DNA from: Acidimicrobiales bacterium
GTDB lineage: Bacteria; Actinomycetota; Acidimicrobiia; Acidimicrobiales; CATQHL01
Direction: 5' to 3'
Length of the DNA stretch: 64,000 nt
Assembly: GCA_963664235.1 (NCBI GenBank)
Contig: OY760933.1
Span: 1,883,419-1,947,418, forward strand
Within the stretch, counting starts at the first letter, position 1, and each line of letters starts with the position of its first letter. Below the pieces are notes generated by a model. It was not told the origin of the DNA and did not search any database. It worked only from the letters and a program-made list of their open reading frames with translations. A program made the position numbers and the translations under genes. Positions 35,772 through 45,186 of this stretch are shown in pieces.

Positions 35772-37007
35772 CTATTGGGGACCGAACAGATCGCATACGC
35801 GATCCAGCGATTCGGCCAGGTGGTCGATGTCGGACTCGTCGTTGTAGATGTAGACCGAAGCCCGGGCGGTGGCCACCACCCCCAGGCAGCGCATCAGCGG
35901 CTTGGCGCAGTGGTGTCCGGCGCGCACGCACACGGCCTGCTCGTCGAGAACCTGCGAGATGTCGTGGGCATGGACGTCGCCGTAGGCGAACGACAGCACC
36001 CCGCCGCGGGCGGCCGGCTCCGGCGGGCCATGGATCGTGAGGCGCTCGCCGTGGCGCTCGGTCAGCGTGCGCAGGGCGTACGCCGTGAGCGACACGTCGT
36101 GACGGCGCACCGCCTCCATGCCGATGTCGTTGAGGTAGTCGACGGCGGCGCCGAGCCCGGCCACCTCGGCGATGGCCGGGGTGCCGGCCTCGAATTTCCA
36201 CGGCAGCTCATTGGGCAGGAACCCCTCGGTGGTGACGTTGAGGATCATCTCGCCGCCGCCGAGGAACGGGGGCATGGCTTCCAGCAGCTCCTCACGGCCC
36301 CAGAGAACGCCGATGCCGGTGGGTCCGCACATCTTGTGGCCCGAGAACGCCAGGAAGTCGCACCCGAGCTCGGCCACGTCGGTGGGCACGTGGGGTACGT
36401 ACTGAGCGCCGTCCACGAGCACCAGCGCACCCCGCTCGTGGGCGGCATCGGCGATGCGGCGCACCGGGGGGATCGTCCCCAGCACGTTGGACATGGCACT
36501 GAACGCCACGAGCCGCACGCCGTCCAGAAGCCGGTCGAGGTCGTGCAGATCCAGCCGCCCATCGCTGTCGAGCGGCAACCAGCGCAGTTCGATGCCGCGC
36601 TCGGCTGCCAGCATGTGCCACGGGACGATGTTGGCGTGGTGCTCCATGTGGCTGAGCAGCACGGCGTCGCCCTCGCGGAGGTTGGTGCGGCCCCAGCTGT
36701 GTGCCACCAGGTTCATGGCCTCGGTGGCGTTGCGCGTGAAGATGACCTCACGCGGCGAGGCGGCGCCGATGAAGCGCTGCACCTTCGCCCGTGCCTCCTC
36801 CATGGCCTGGGTGGCGATGTCGGCGATGTGGTAGGCGCCGCGGTGCACGTTGGCGTTCACCGTGCGGTAGTAGGTGTCCATGGCGTCCAGCACCGCTTGG
36901 GGCTTCTGGGAGGTGGCGGCCGAGTCCAGGTAGACGATGGGCTTGCCGTACACCTCCCTGCTGAGTAGGGGGAAGTCGGTCTTCGTGGCGGCCGCGAGGT
37001 CGCTCAT
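35772..37007 (-). CDS. sufS: Cysteine desulfurase SufS
   Basis: IVYLDSAATSQKP, FSGHKMCGPTGIGVLWG and RAGHHCAKPL. ATG 37007 is preceded by GAGGTGG, 13 nt after the sufC stop. Confidence 0.9.
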   Translation of the reverse strand: MSDLAAATKTDFPLLSREVYGKPIVYLDSAATSQKPQAVLDAMDTYYRTVNANVHRGAYHIADIATQAMEEARAKVQRFIGAASPREVIFTRNATEAMNLVAHSWGRTNLREGDAVLLSHMEHHANIVPWHMLAAERGIELRWLPLDSDGRLDLHDLDRLLDGVRLVAFSAMSNVLGTIPPVRRIADAAHERGALVLVDGAQYVPHVPTDVAELGCDFLAFSGHKMCGPTGIGVLWGREELLEAMPPFLGGGEMILNVTTEGFLPNELPWKFEAGTPAIAEVAGLGAAVDYLNDIGMEAVRRHDVSLTAYALRTLTERHGERLTIHGPPEPAARGGVLSFAYGDVHAHDISQVLDEQAVCVRAGHHCAKPLMRCLGVVATARASVYIYNDESDIDHLAESLDRVCDLFGPQ

Positions 37008-37020
37008 CGGGCCACCTCGT

Positions 37021-37776
<756 letters not shown>

Positions 37777-37940
37777 ACCGGGGAGTCTACGGGCGCACCC
37801 TCCGCGTCATCCCGGCGCAGGCCGGAATCCAGCTATGCGGTCGTCCGGGCCGGCGCTGCCGCTGGCGTGTCCGGCTCTCACCTGCGTATTCGATCCGGCT
37901 CCGCCTCCGGAGTTCCCAGCCCCCGCGCGCTGGGTGCGAA

Positions 37941-38684
37941 CTACCAGCCGCGGTCTATCCACTCCTGCAGGTGGGGGCTCTCGTGGCCGATGGTGGTGTC
38001 GTCGCCGTGGCCCGGCATGACGATGGTGTCGGGGGTGAACTGGGCGAAGATCAACTCGTCGATCGAGCGAATGATGGTGGCGAAGTCGCCGCACGGGAAC
38101 TCCGCCGGTGGCGGCTTGCCCTCGCGGAACTCGAAGCCGTCGCGGGTGAGGCCGGGACCGCCCGGGAACAGAGTGTCACCGGTGAACGCCACGGGCGATC
38201 CCTCCACCTTGAAGCAGATGGATCCGGCGGTGTGGCCCGGCGTGATGGTGGTGAGCAGGCGCAGGCGCCCGACCTCCACAGCAGAGTCGCCTTCCAGGAT
38301 CTGGTCGTAGGACGGCAGCATGTGGGCGTCGCCGGCCGTGATGTGCACGTCGTAGCCGGCATCGCGCATCTGCGGTACCGCTCCGATGTGGTCGTGGTGG
38401 CCGTGGGTTTCCAGCACGGTGCGCACGCCGAGTTGCCGGCACAGGTCCAGCAGCAGCTCGTGCTCGTTGGCGGCGTCGATCAGCACGGCATCGCCGCTGG
38501 CTCGGCAGCGCACGATGAAGACGTTGTTGTCGAAGGGGCCCACGACCACTTTGTGGATCTCCATCTGCGTGTCGCGGAAGTGCAGCGTGGGCCCGGCGTC
38601 TGCGGCCCGCCGCTCGGTCCCGTGCTGCGGCCAGCAGTAGTGGTCGATGCCGGCGCGGTCTGCGTCTGCGGCTACCTCGCTCAT
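37941..38684 (-). CDS. MBL-fold metallo-hydrolase (glyoxalase II-like)
   Basis: VLETHGHHDHIG metal motif. ATG 38684 is preceded by GGGAGG. Confidence 0.85.
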   Translation of the reverse strand: MSEVAADADRAGIDHYCWPQHGTERRAADAGPTLHFRDTQMEIHKVVVGPFDNNVFIVRCRASGDAVLIDAANEHELLLDLCRQLGVRTVLETHGHHDHIGAVPQMRDAGYDVHITAGDAHMLPSYDQILEGDSAVEVGRLRLLTTITPGHTAGSICFKVEGSPVAFTGDTLFPGGPGLTRDGFEFREGKPPPAEFPCGDFATIIRSIDELIFAQFTPDTIVMPGHGDDTTIGHESPHLQEWIDRGW

Positions 38685-38734
38685 GTCGGTGCCTCCCGGG
38701 TGTGCGGAGATCTGGGGGATCCAATCCTCGCCCT

Positions 38735-38764
38735 GTATAGCTGTTCACGGTATAGCTGTTCACG
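38735..38764. repeat. Perfect 15-bp tandem duplication (gtatagctgttcacg x 2) in a divergent promoter region
   Basis: Unit 1 at 38735-38749 and unit 2 at 38750-38764 are identical. It lies between the MBL gene (minus strand) and vapB (plus strand). Confidence 0.85.
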
Positions 38765-38861
38765 CACCTCGTCGCGTCGTTCGGCTGGTTCGAGCCCCTC
38801 GAGTTGTGCCATCTGACCCAGGGTGATCCCATTGTTAACTCACTAGTGGTATTCTTGTGAC

Positions 38862-39122
38862 GTGAATGACACATTTGCGATCAAGATGGGAGAGCGTGGC
38901 CGGGTGGTCGTCCCTGCCGCGGTTCGAGAGCGCGCGGGATTCACCGAGGGCGTCACGTTGATGCTCTTGGAGACGCCCGACGGTGTGGTGTTGATGACAC
39001 GAGAGCAGCTGCTGGCACGGGTCCGGCGCGACTTCGGAGGGCTCAACCTCGTTGACGATCTGCTTGCCGAGCGGCGCCTGGCAGCGGCTGCTGAGGACGC
39101 CGACATGGCTGCCGTCCCGTGA
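38862..39122 (+). CDS. vapB: AbrB/SpoVT-type antitoxin (VapB)
   Basis: IKMGERGRVVVPAAVRERAGFTEGVTLMLLETPDGVVLM is a swapped-hairpin AbrB fold motif. GTG is 6 nt after TATTCT (38850-38855). Confidence 0.85.
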   Translation: MNDTFAIKMGERGRVVVPAAVRERAGFTEGVTLMLLETPDGVVLMTREQLLARVRRDFGGLNLVDDLLAERRLAAAAEDADMAAVP

Positions 39123-39487
39123 GAGCGGCGCTCGACTCCTCGGCAATCCTGGCGTTCCTGGGAGGCGAGGACGGCGCCGACCGGGTCTCGGCCGCGCTCG
39201 AGGGCGAGTCTTGGTGCAGTGCCGCGAACTGGTCGGAGGTTGTCCAGAAAACTCTCGCCTGGGGGCGAGACCTGCAGCAGGTTCGGACGCTGCTGTCCGG
39301 TTATCGCCTCCGGATTGAACCTGTCGTGACGTCCGACGCGGAATGGGCGGCCCGTCGCTGGCGTCCCGGGGAGGGCCTGTCGCTGGCGGATCGCCTCTGC
39401 ATGGCGCTCGCCGAACGGCTCGACGCCGAGATCCTCACTGCCGACCGGGCATGGGGCACAGCGGGCCGCGTCCGTCAGATCCGGTGA
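39119..39487 (+). CDS. vapC: VapC PIN-domain toxin
   Basis: ALDSSAILAFL, LSLADRLCMALAERLDAEILTADRAW. The GTG overlaps the vapB stop (GTGA). Confidence 0.85.
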   Translation: MRAALDSSAILAFLGGEDGADRVSAALEGESWCSAANWSEVVQKTLAWGRDLQQVRTLLSGYRLRIEPVVTSDAEWAARRWRPGEGLSLADRLCMALAERLDAEILTADRAWGTAGRVRQIR

Positions 39488-39552
39488 TCCGCTCGGGAGT
39501 CGGCTGGGGCCGGCGGTGTACGGGGTGGGTCACGCTCGGGACGGGTGAGGAG

Positions 39553-39999
39553 TTGGAACTCGCGGAACCCGTCGCCCGGCTGCGTGCCAAGTTCATCGAC
39601 GGGATGATCCTCGTCGCGGTGATTGTCATGGGGGTCTTCGTCGTGTTGCTCTCGGCTGCTGCCGGCGAGTGGGGCGCCGGGATCGGGATCGTTGAGGGTG
39701 TCCTCATCTCGTCGGTGATTCTCGCCCTGGTGAGCGTTCTGTACGACCCGGCGATGATTGCGATACGGGGCCAGACGATTGGCAAGATGGTGACCGGGAT
39801 CAGGGTTGTCCGCCTCGACGATGGCGAGTTGCCCAGTTGGGGCAGGTCGTTCGGCCGTTGGGTTCTGCCAGGAGTGCTCCTGGCCATTCCCGGTATCGGC
39901 TTCGTCCCTGTGGTGATCTGCTGGGCCTCTTTGACCTGGGACCCCTCGCGGCGGGGATGGCACGACAAGGTCGCCGGCACCGTCGTCGTCAAGACCTGA
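39553..39999 (+). CDS. RDD family membrane protein (second copy)
   Basis: ARLRAKFIDGMILVAV, IRGQTIGKMVTGIRVVRLDDG and GWHDKVAGTVVV. The start is uncertain. TTG 39553 is the first plausible in-frame start after the vapC stop. Confidence 0.65.
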   Translation: MELAEPVARLRAKFIDGMILVAVIVMGVFVVLLSAAAGEWGAGIGIVEGVLISSVILALVSVLYDPAMIAIRGQTIGKMVTGIRVVRLDDGELPSWGRSFGRWVLPGVLLAIPGIGFVPVVICWASLTWDPSRRGWHDKVAGTVVVKT

Positions 40000-40087
40000 G
40001 AGCCGTCCCACCTGACATCGCCCGAAGGGGCTCTGCGGACAGGCGCGGCTAAGTTCTGCATCACACCTTGTGGTGAGGAGGCCGGCT

Positions 40088-41188
40088 GTGCGGTTGGGGT
40101 TCAGCGAGGATCAGGAGGAACTGCGGCGCTTCGTCCGGCAGTTCCTCGAGGAGAAGTCCCCGGAGTCGGCCGTCCGGGAGTTGATGGCCACCGAGCGGGG
40201 TTACGACGAGGCGGTGTGGCGGCAGATGGCCGGGCAGTTGGGCCTGCAGGGCATCGCCATATCCGAGAGCCACGGCGGGGGAGGGTTCACGTTCCGCGAG
40301 CTGGCGCTGGTGCTGGAGGAGATGGGTCGGGCGCTGCTGTGTGCCCCGTACTTCTCCACGGTGGTGCTGGCGGCCGGCGCGCTGACCCGGAGCGGTGACG
40401 AGGCGGCGTGCGAGGAGTTGCTGCCCACCATCGCCTCAGGTGACTGCATCGCAACGCTGGCCTTCGAGGAGGACGACGAGACGCACGGGGCGGTCGCGGT
40501 CGCCGACGGATCCGGCTGGCGGCTGCGGGGCGAGAAGAGCTACGTCCTCGACGGGCACGTGGCCGATGTCGTGCTGGTGGCTGCACGGAGCCCCCAAGGG
40601 CTGGGTCTGTTCCGCTGCAGCGGTGACGCAGAGGGTCTGGGGCGGGAACTGCTGCCGACGCTGGATCTGACGCGCAAGCAGGCGCGGCTCACCTTTGTTG
40701 GCACCCCGGCGGTTGCCGTCGGCAGGCTCGGCAACGGCGCGGCTGTCCTGGACGGCGTGCTGCAGCTGGCCGCGGCGGCGCTGGCCTCCGAGCAGGTCGG
40801 GGGCGCCCAGCGCTGCCTGGACACGGCGGTCGCGTACGCCAAGGAGCGGATGCAGTTCGGCCGGCTCATCGGGAGCTTCCAGGCGATCAAGCACCGCTGC
40901 GCCGACCTCCTGCTGGGGACCGAGACGGCCCGATCGGCCGCCTACTACGCCGCCTGGTGTGCGGCGACCGGCGACGAGGACCTGCCTGTGGCCGCGGCCA
41001 TGGCCAAGGCCCAGTGCTCCGACGCCTACTACCGTGCGGCGGCGGAGAACATCCAGATCCTCGGCGGCATCGGGTTCACCTGGGAGCACCCGGCGCACCT
41101 CTACTTCAAGCGCGCCAAAGCCAGCCAGCTGATGTTCGGGGACCCCGCCCATCATCGGGCGCGACTCGCGGACCTGGTGGGGCTCTGA
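40088..41188 (+). CDS. Acyl-CoA dehydrogenase
   Basis: LGFSEDQEELRRFVRQFLEE, YAKERMQFGRLIGSFQAIKHRCADL and QILGGIGFTWEHPAHLYFKRA. GTG 40088 is preceded by GAGGAGG. Confidence 0.9.
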   Translation: MRLGFSEDQEELRRFVRQFLEEKSPESAVRELMATERGYDEAVWRQMAGQLGLQGIAISESHGGGGFTFRELALVLEEMGRALLCAPYFSTVVLAAGALTRSGDEAACEELLPTIASGDCIATLAFEEDDETHGAVAVADGSGWRLRGEKSYVLDGHVADVVLVAARSPQGLGLFRCSGDAEGLGRELLPTLDLTRKQARLTFVGTPAVAVGRLGNGAAVLDGVLQLAAAALASEQVGGAQRCLDTAVAYAKERMQFGRLIGSFQAIKHRCADLLLGTETARSAAYYAAWCAATGDEDLPVAAAMAKAQCSDAYYRAAAENIQILGGIGFTWEHPAHLYFKRAKASQLMFGDPAHHRARLADLVGL

Positions 41189-41252
41189 GCGGCTGCACGC
41201 GGTCCGAGCGGTCTCGCACCGCGGGATCACGCCACCCGAGGGGAGAGTCGCC

Positions 41253-41699
41253 GTGATCTGGGTTTTCGTCGCCGTCGCCGCGGTGCTGGTGGTGGCGGTG
41301 GCGCGCTACACGGTCACCACGGTGAGTGCCCGCCTGGCGAACACCGAGGCTGTCGCCACCTACGACCTCGTCGCGGCGACCGAGTTCGTGCACCGCGGCC
41401 TCCCCGCCGAAAGTGCCGACCGATTGGGGCTCGACGTGGTGGCGCTGCTGCTGGCCTGGAACCTCGATCATCTTCGCCGCAGGGGCGTGGCGGCCTTTGG
41501 CGACGCGGATGCCCTGTCAGGGGGATTCGCCCGTGCCCCCAGCGAGAGCGAACCCGACGAGGCTCTCGACGAACTGTTGCGTCGCGCCGAGGCGGCGGGT
41601 GTGGAACTCGATGCCGTCGACGCCGTCGTCGTGCTGGAGATGAACGCCCATTACCTGGCGTCCATCGGCGCCGTCGGCGAGCAGGTCGACGGCGGGTAG
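41253..41699 (+). CDS. Hypothetical protein with an N-terminal membrane anchor
   Basis: MIWVFVAVAAVLVVAVA, then a soluble acidic domain. GTG is preceded by GGGGAGAG. No family recognised. Confidence 0.5.
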   Translation: MIWVFVAVAAVLVVAVARYTVTTVSARLANTEAVATYDLVAATEFVHRGLPAESADRLGLDVVALLLAWNLDHLRRRGVAAFGDADALSGGFARAPSESEPDEALDELLRRAEAAGVELDAVDAVVVLEMNAHYLASIGAVGEQVDGG

Positions 41700-41704
41700 C
41701 GACT

Positions 41705-42205
41705 TCAGCTGCTCGTCGATCGGAGTGTGGCCTCGAGTTGGCGGAGATGGCTCGCGAACGCCTCCAGTTCGCCGGTGCGCAGCCAGGCCAGAGGGGTGAG
41801 CCAGCGATCCAGGTGCTTCGCCATCAGCCCGTCGATCAGCTCGCGGCCCTCGGTGCTGAGCCGTGCCAGCATCACCCGCCGGTCGTCACTGTCGTGGAGG
41901 CGCACGACCAGGCCGAGTTGTTCCAGCTGGTCGAGTCGCCCGGTCATTCCCCCGGAGGTGAGCATGACCGTCTCGGCGAGGTCGCTGGGCTTGGCTTGGA
42001 ACGGCTCACCCAGCCGGCGGAGAGCGGCCAGCACGTCGAACAGCCCCAGCGTGAGGCCGTGTGGACGCAGGAACTCGGCCATGGACTGCTCGAAGAGGCG
42101 GTCGATGCGCGAGATCCGCCCGAAGATGCCGATGGGAGTGGCGTCGAGGTCTGGGCGCTCGCGAGCCCACTGCCCGAGGATCGAATCGACGTGATCGGCG
42201 CTCAT
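41705..42205 (-). CDS. MarR family transcriptional regulator
   Basis: LTLGLFDVLAALRRLGEPFQAKPSDLAETVMLTSGGMTGRLDQLEQLGLVVRLHDSDDRR is a winged-HTH MarR core. Confidence 0.9.
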   Translation of the reverse strand: MSADHVDSILGQWARERPDLDATPIGIFGRISRIDRLFEQSMAEFLRPHGLTLGLFDVLAALRRLGEPFQAKPSDLAETVMLTSGGMTGRLDQLEQLGLVVRLHDSDDRRVMLARLSTEGRELIDGLMAKHLDRWLTPLAWLRTGELEAFASHLRQLEATLRSTSS

Positions 42206-42360
42206 GAGAGTCCCTCGAGCGCGTTCCCGACGGCCTCGACCACGGTGTCGACCTCCGCGGTGCTGAAAGTGAGGGGCAGATAGATCCCCAGGTGGTCCTC
42301 CTGCGCCCTCACGAGCACGCCGGCGCGCTGGATCCGCCGCTGGGCCTCGGCGCCGTTCAT
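42202..42360 (-). other. Unlisted 52-codon ORF coupled on both sides (possible class-III aminotransferase C-terminal remnant or mini-protein)
   Basis: The ATG at 42360 overlaps the hydroxylase TGA (ATGA). Its own TGA overlaps the marR ATG (ATGA at 42205-42202). Translation is MNGAEAQRRIQRAGVLVRAQEDHLGIYLPLTFSTAEVDTVVEAVGNALEGLS. This resembles the last strand and helix of BioA-like aminotransferases. Confidence 0.3.
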
Positions 42361-44711
42361 GTTCGGCGCCCGCCCCTGTCGCGGCCCCCGTGCAGCTGCT
42401 CGAACAGGCGCCGGGGCGTCACCGGCACACTGTCGACGCGGGCGCCGAGGCCGGCGAGAGCGTCCTCGACCGCATTGGCGATGGCCGCCGGGGGTGAGAT
42501 CGCACCGGCCTCACCCACCCCCTTAATGCCCAGCGGGTTGAGCGGCGACGGGGTCTCCAGGTGGGCCACCACCAGGGTGGGCACGCCGGTGGCGTCGGGG
42601 ACCAGGTAGTCCAGCAGGGTCGGGTTGAGGGGTTGACCGTCGCCGTCGTAGACCGCCTCCTCGAACAGGGCCGCGCCGACGCCCTGGGCGACCCCGCCGG
42701 CGATCTGGCCGTCCACGATCACCGGGGACAGGAGCGGGCCGCAGTCGTGCACCACCACGTAGTCCAGCAGTTCCACGGCGCCTGTGGCCTCCTCGACGGC
42801 CACCCGGGCGACGTGGGTACCACTTGCGAACGTGACAGTCGGCGGTTCGAAGCAGACCAGTTCCTCCAGGTCAGCGGCGTGGCGGCCGGAGAACGCCCCT
42901 CCGGGAGCGAACCCGGCGGCGACGTCGGCCAAGTCCATGCGCACCGACGGTGTGCCGCTCACCTCCACGGCGCCGTTGTGGATCCGCAGATCACCGGGAG
43001 AGACCTCCCAGTGCCCCGCGAGCGTCTCCAGGATGCGGTCCCGCACGGCGCCGGCCGCCTGATGGATGGCGCTTCCGGCCACGACCGCACTGCGGCTGGC
43101 CAGCGTCCCCAAACCGTAGGGAACCGCCGCGGTGTCGCCTCCGGTGACCGTGACCCTGCCGGGGTCGGTGCCGAGGGCCTGTTCGCACACCTGCGCGAAG
43201 ACGGTCTCGTGTCCCTGGCCCTGCGAGCAGGCTCCGGTCGCAACCTCGACATGGCCGGTCTCGTCCATCCGCACCAGAGCGCTCTCGAACGGGCCTACGC
43301 CGGTCCCCTCGACGTACGTCGAGACCCCGACGCCAATCCTCCGACCGCTGCCGTCGGGGGTGCCGCCACGACGGCCGGACGGCAGGTCGGCCAGCGCCAG
43401 GGCAGTCTCGTAGCAGGCGGAGAAATCGCCGCTGTCGTAGTGCATGGGTGTGCCGTCGCGGTAGTTGATGCCGACCGCATACGGCATCTCGTCGGCGCCG
43501 ATGAGATTCCGGCGGCGGACCTCGAAGGGGTCGAGGCCGGCTTCCCGGGCGGTGGCGTCGATGATGCGGTCCATGGCGAAGACCGCTTCGGGGCGCCCGG
43601 CGCCACGGTACGGCGAGAGCGGCGCCTTGTTGGTGACCACCGCTGTGGCCTCGACGTCGAAGGCAGGGACCCGGTAGCAGCCGCACAGATGGGCCAGGGT
43701 GTTGTACGGCTGCACCACGCCGAGAGGGTTGGCGGCGCCGCAGTCCACCACGAAGCGGTCGCGAAGCCCGAGGATGCGCCCATCGGCCGCAAGAGCCAGT
43801 TCGATGTCATGGGTCTGGTCGCGGGACTGGATGGCGGCGGTGCCGTGCTCGCGCCGTTGCTCCACCCACTTCAACGGAACGCCGAGTTCGAGCGCCAGGA
43901 ACGCCACGACGAACTCCTCGGCGTAGGGGATGGCCTTCACCCCGAAACCGCCACCCACGTCGGGGGCGATGACCCGGACGCGGTGTGCCGGGCGCCCGAG
44001 TGCCTTGGCCAGCGCTGATCGAAGCGGGTGGGGGATCTGGGTGCTGCTCCAGACCGTGAGGAGGTCGGTGCGGCGATCGTGGGAGGCCACCACACCCCGC
44101 GGTTCCATGGGGTGGCAGGCGATCCTTCCCGAGTGCAGCCGGCGCCGGCCGACATGGGCGGCCTCGGCGAACGCAGTCTCGACGTCGCCGAATCCCGCGG
44201 CGATGCGCAGCGAGCGATTGTCGGGCCAGTGGTCGTAGAGGCGGGCGGCGCCGGGGGCCAGGGCCGTCTCGGGGTCGGTGACGGCCGGTAGCGGTTCGAG
44301 ATCGGCGACCACCCGTTCGGCGGCGTCGGCGGCGGCGTACGCATCATCGCCGACCACCACGGCGAGAGGGTCGCCGACGTGGCGGACGCGATCGGTTGCC
44401 AGGAGCGGTCGGTCCTCGTGGCGCACGAACGTCCGGTCATTGCCCAGGGCGCGCATCAGCCGTTCCTCGAAGACGCTCCCGTCGGCCTCGTTGGGTGCCA
44501 TTGCGGTGAGCCGTCCGGCGAGTTCGGCGCCGCTCCAGCCGGTGACACCGCGGGGGATGTCCACGCCGCTGACGGTCCCGTGTGCCACGTGGCTGCGCAC
44601 GAAGGCCAGGTGGCGGATGCCCGGCAGGTCGATGTCGGCCACGTAGCGCCCGTCGCCCCGCAGCAGTCGCGCGTCCTCGCGCCGCCCGAAACCTGTGCCG
44701 GTCGCGGGCAT
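42357..44711 (-). CDS. Xanthine dehydrogenase/aldehyde oxidase/CoxL family molybdopterin-binding large subunit
   Basis: GRREDARLLRGDGRYVADI N-terminus, GGGFG (DVGGGFGVK), and a long MoCo-binding body. No [2Fe-2S] or FAD subunit genes are adjacent. Confidence 0.9.
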   Translation of the reverse strand: MPATGTGFGRREDARLLRGDGRYVADIDLPGIRHLAFVRSHVAHGTVSGVDIPRGVTGWSGAELAGRLTAMAPNEADGSVFEERLMRALGNDRTFVRHEDRPLLATDRVRHVGDPLAVVVGDDAYAAADAAERVVADLEPLPAVTDPETALAPGAARLYDHWPDNRSLRIAAGFGDVETAFAEAAHVGRRRLHSGRIACHPMEPRGVVASHDRRTDLLTVWSSTQIPHPLRSALAKALGRPAHRVRVIAPDVGGGFGVKAIPYAEEFVVAFLALELGVPLKWVEQRREHGTAAIQSRDQTHDIELALAADGRILGLRDRFVVDCGAANPLGVVQPYNTLAHLCGCYRVPAFDVEATAVVTNKAPLSPYRGAGRPEAVFAMDRIIDATAREAGLDPFEVRRRNLIGADEMPYAVGINYRDGTPMHYDSGDFSACYETALALADLPSGRRGGTPDGSGRRIGVGVSTYVEGTGVGPFESALVRMDETGHVEVATGACSQGQGHETVFAQVCEQALGTDPGRVTVTGGDTAAVPYGLGTLASRSAVVAGSAIHQAAGAVRDRILETLAGHWEVSPGDLRIHNGAVEVSGTPSVRMDLADVAAGFAPGGAFSGRHAADLEELVCFEPPTVTFASGTHVARVAVEEATGAVELLDYVVVHDCGPLLSPVIVDGQIAGGVAQGVGAALFEEAVYDGDGQPLNPTLLDYLVPDATGVPTLVVAHLETPSPLNPLGIKGVGEAGAISPPAAIANAVEDALAGLGARVDSVPVTPRRLFEQLHGGRDRGGRRT

Positions 44712-44782
44712 CAGGCCACTTCCATGGCCCCGTACCGCTGGATGTGCTCGTGGAACTCCGCTTCGGTGAATTCGCTGGCCAT
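44711..44782 (-). other. Unlisted 23-codon upstream ORF coupled to the hydroxylase gene
   Basis: ATG 44782 is preceded by GAGGAG, 5 nt upstream. MASEFTEAEFHEHIQRYGAMEVA ends in a TGA sharing its A with the downstream ATG (TGATG at 44713-44709). Confidence 0.35.
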
Positions 44783-44819
44783 TGCCACTCCTCTGCCCGG
44801 TCTGGCTCCCATCGGCCGG

Positions 44820-44840
44820 GATACTTCGCCAGCAAGTATC
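44820..44840. promoter_or_regulatory. Perfect 7-bp inverted repeat GATACTT-N7-AAGTATC, candidate MarR operator
   Basis: It lies about 40 nt upstream of the uORF-hydroxylase-sORF-marR operon, next to an AT-rich stretch (44841-44880). Confidence 0.35.
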
Positions 44841-44964
44841 TTAGGACAAAGTTTCTCGGCGTCTAACTACTCTGTACCGCTGCGGACCGGCACGACCTCG
44901 GCCGGGAATTCGCCGGGACAATCAGTGGCTGCGGATCCGGCGGATCGGCTTTAGCATCGTCGGC

Positions 44965-45186
44965 GTGTACCGCCCCAGGGGAGTGGCCGACCACCGCTAC
45001 ATCGGCGACAAGCGCACCGCCGCCGTCTACGACCTCGACATGGTGCCCACCGACGATTCCCTGCCGGCCGGACAGCCCTCCCGAGCGGTCATCGACGAGT
45101 TGGTGGCCTCGGGGCGCTACCTGTGCTTCGCGCCCGACACGCTGGCCGAGGCGCGCAACCGCGGCTACCGCCTGCGGGGCGGGTGA
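44965..45186 (+). CDS. Hypothetical 73-aa protein
   Basis: GC3-rich ORF. GTG is 7 nt after TAGCAT (44952-44957). The stop is immediately followed by the GTG of the next gene. No family recognised. Confidence 0.5.
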   Translation: MYRPRGVADHRYIGDKRTAAVYDLDMVPTDDSLPAGQPSRAVIDELVASGRYLCFAPDTLAEARNRGYRLRGG

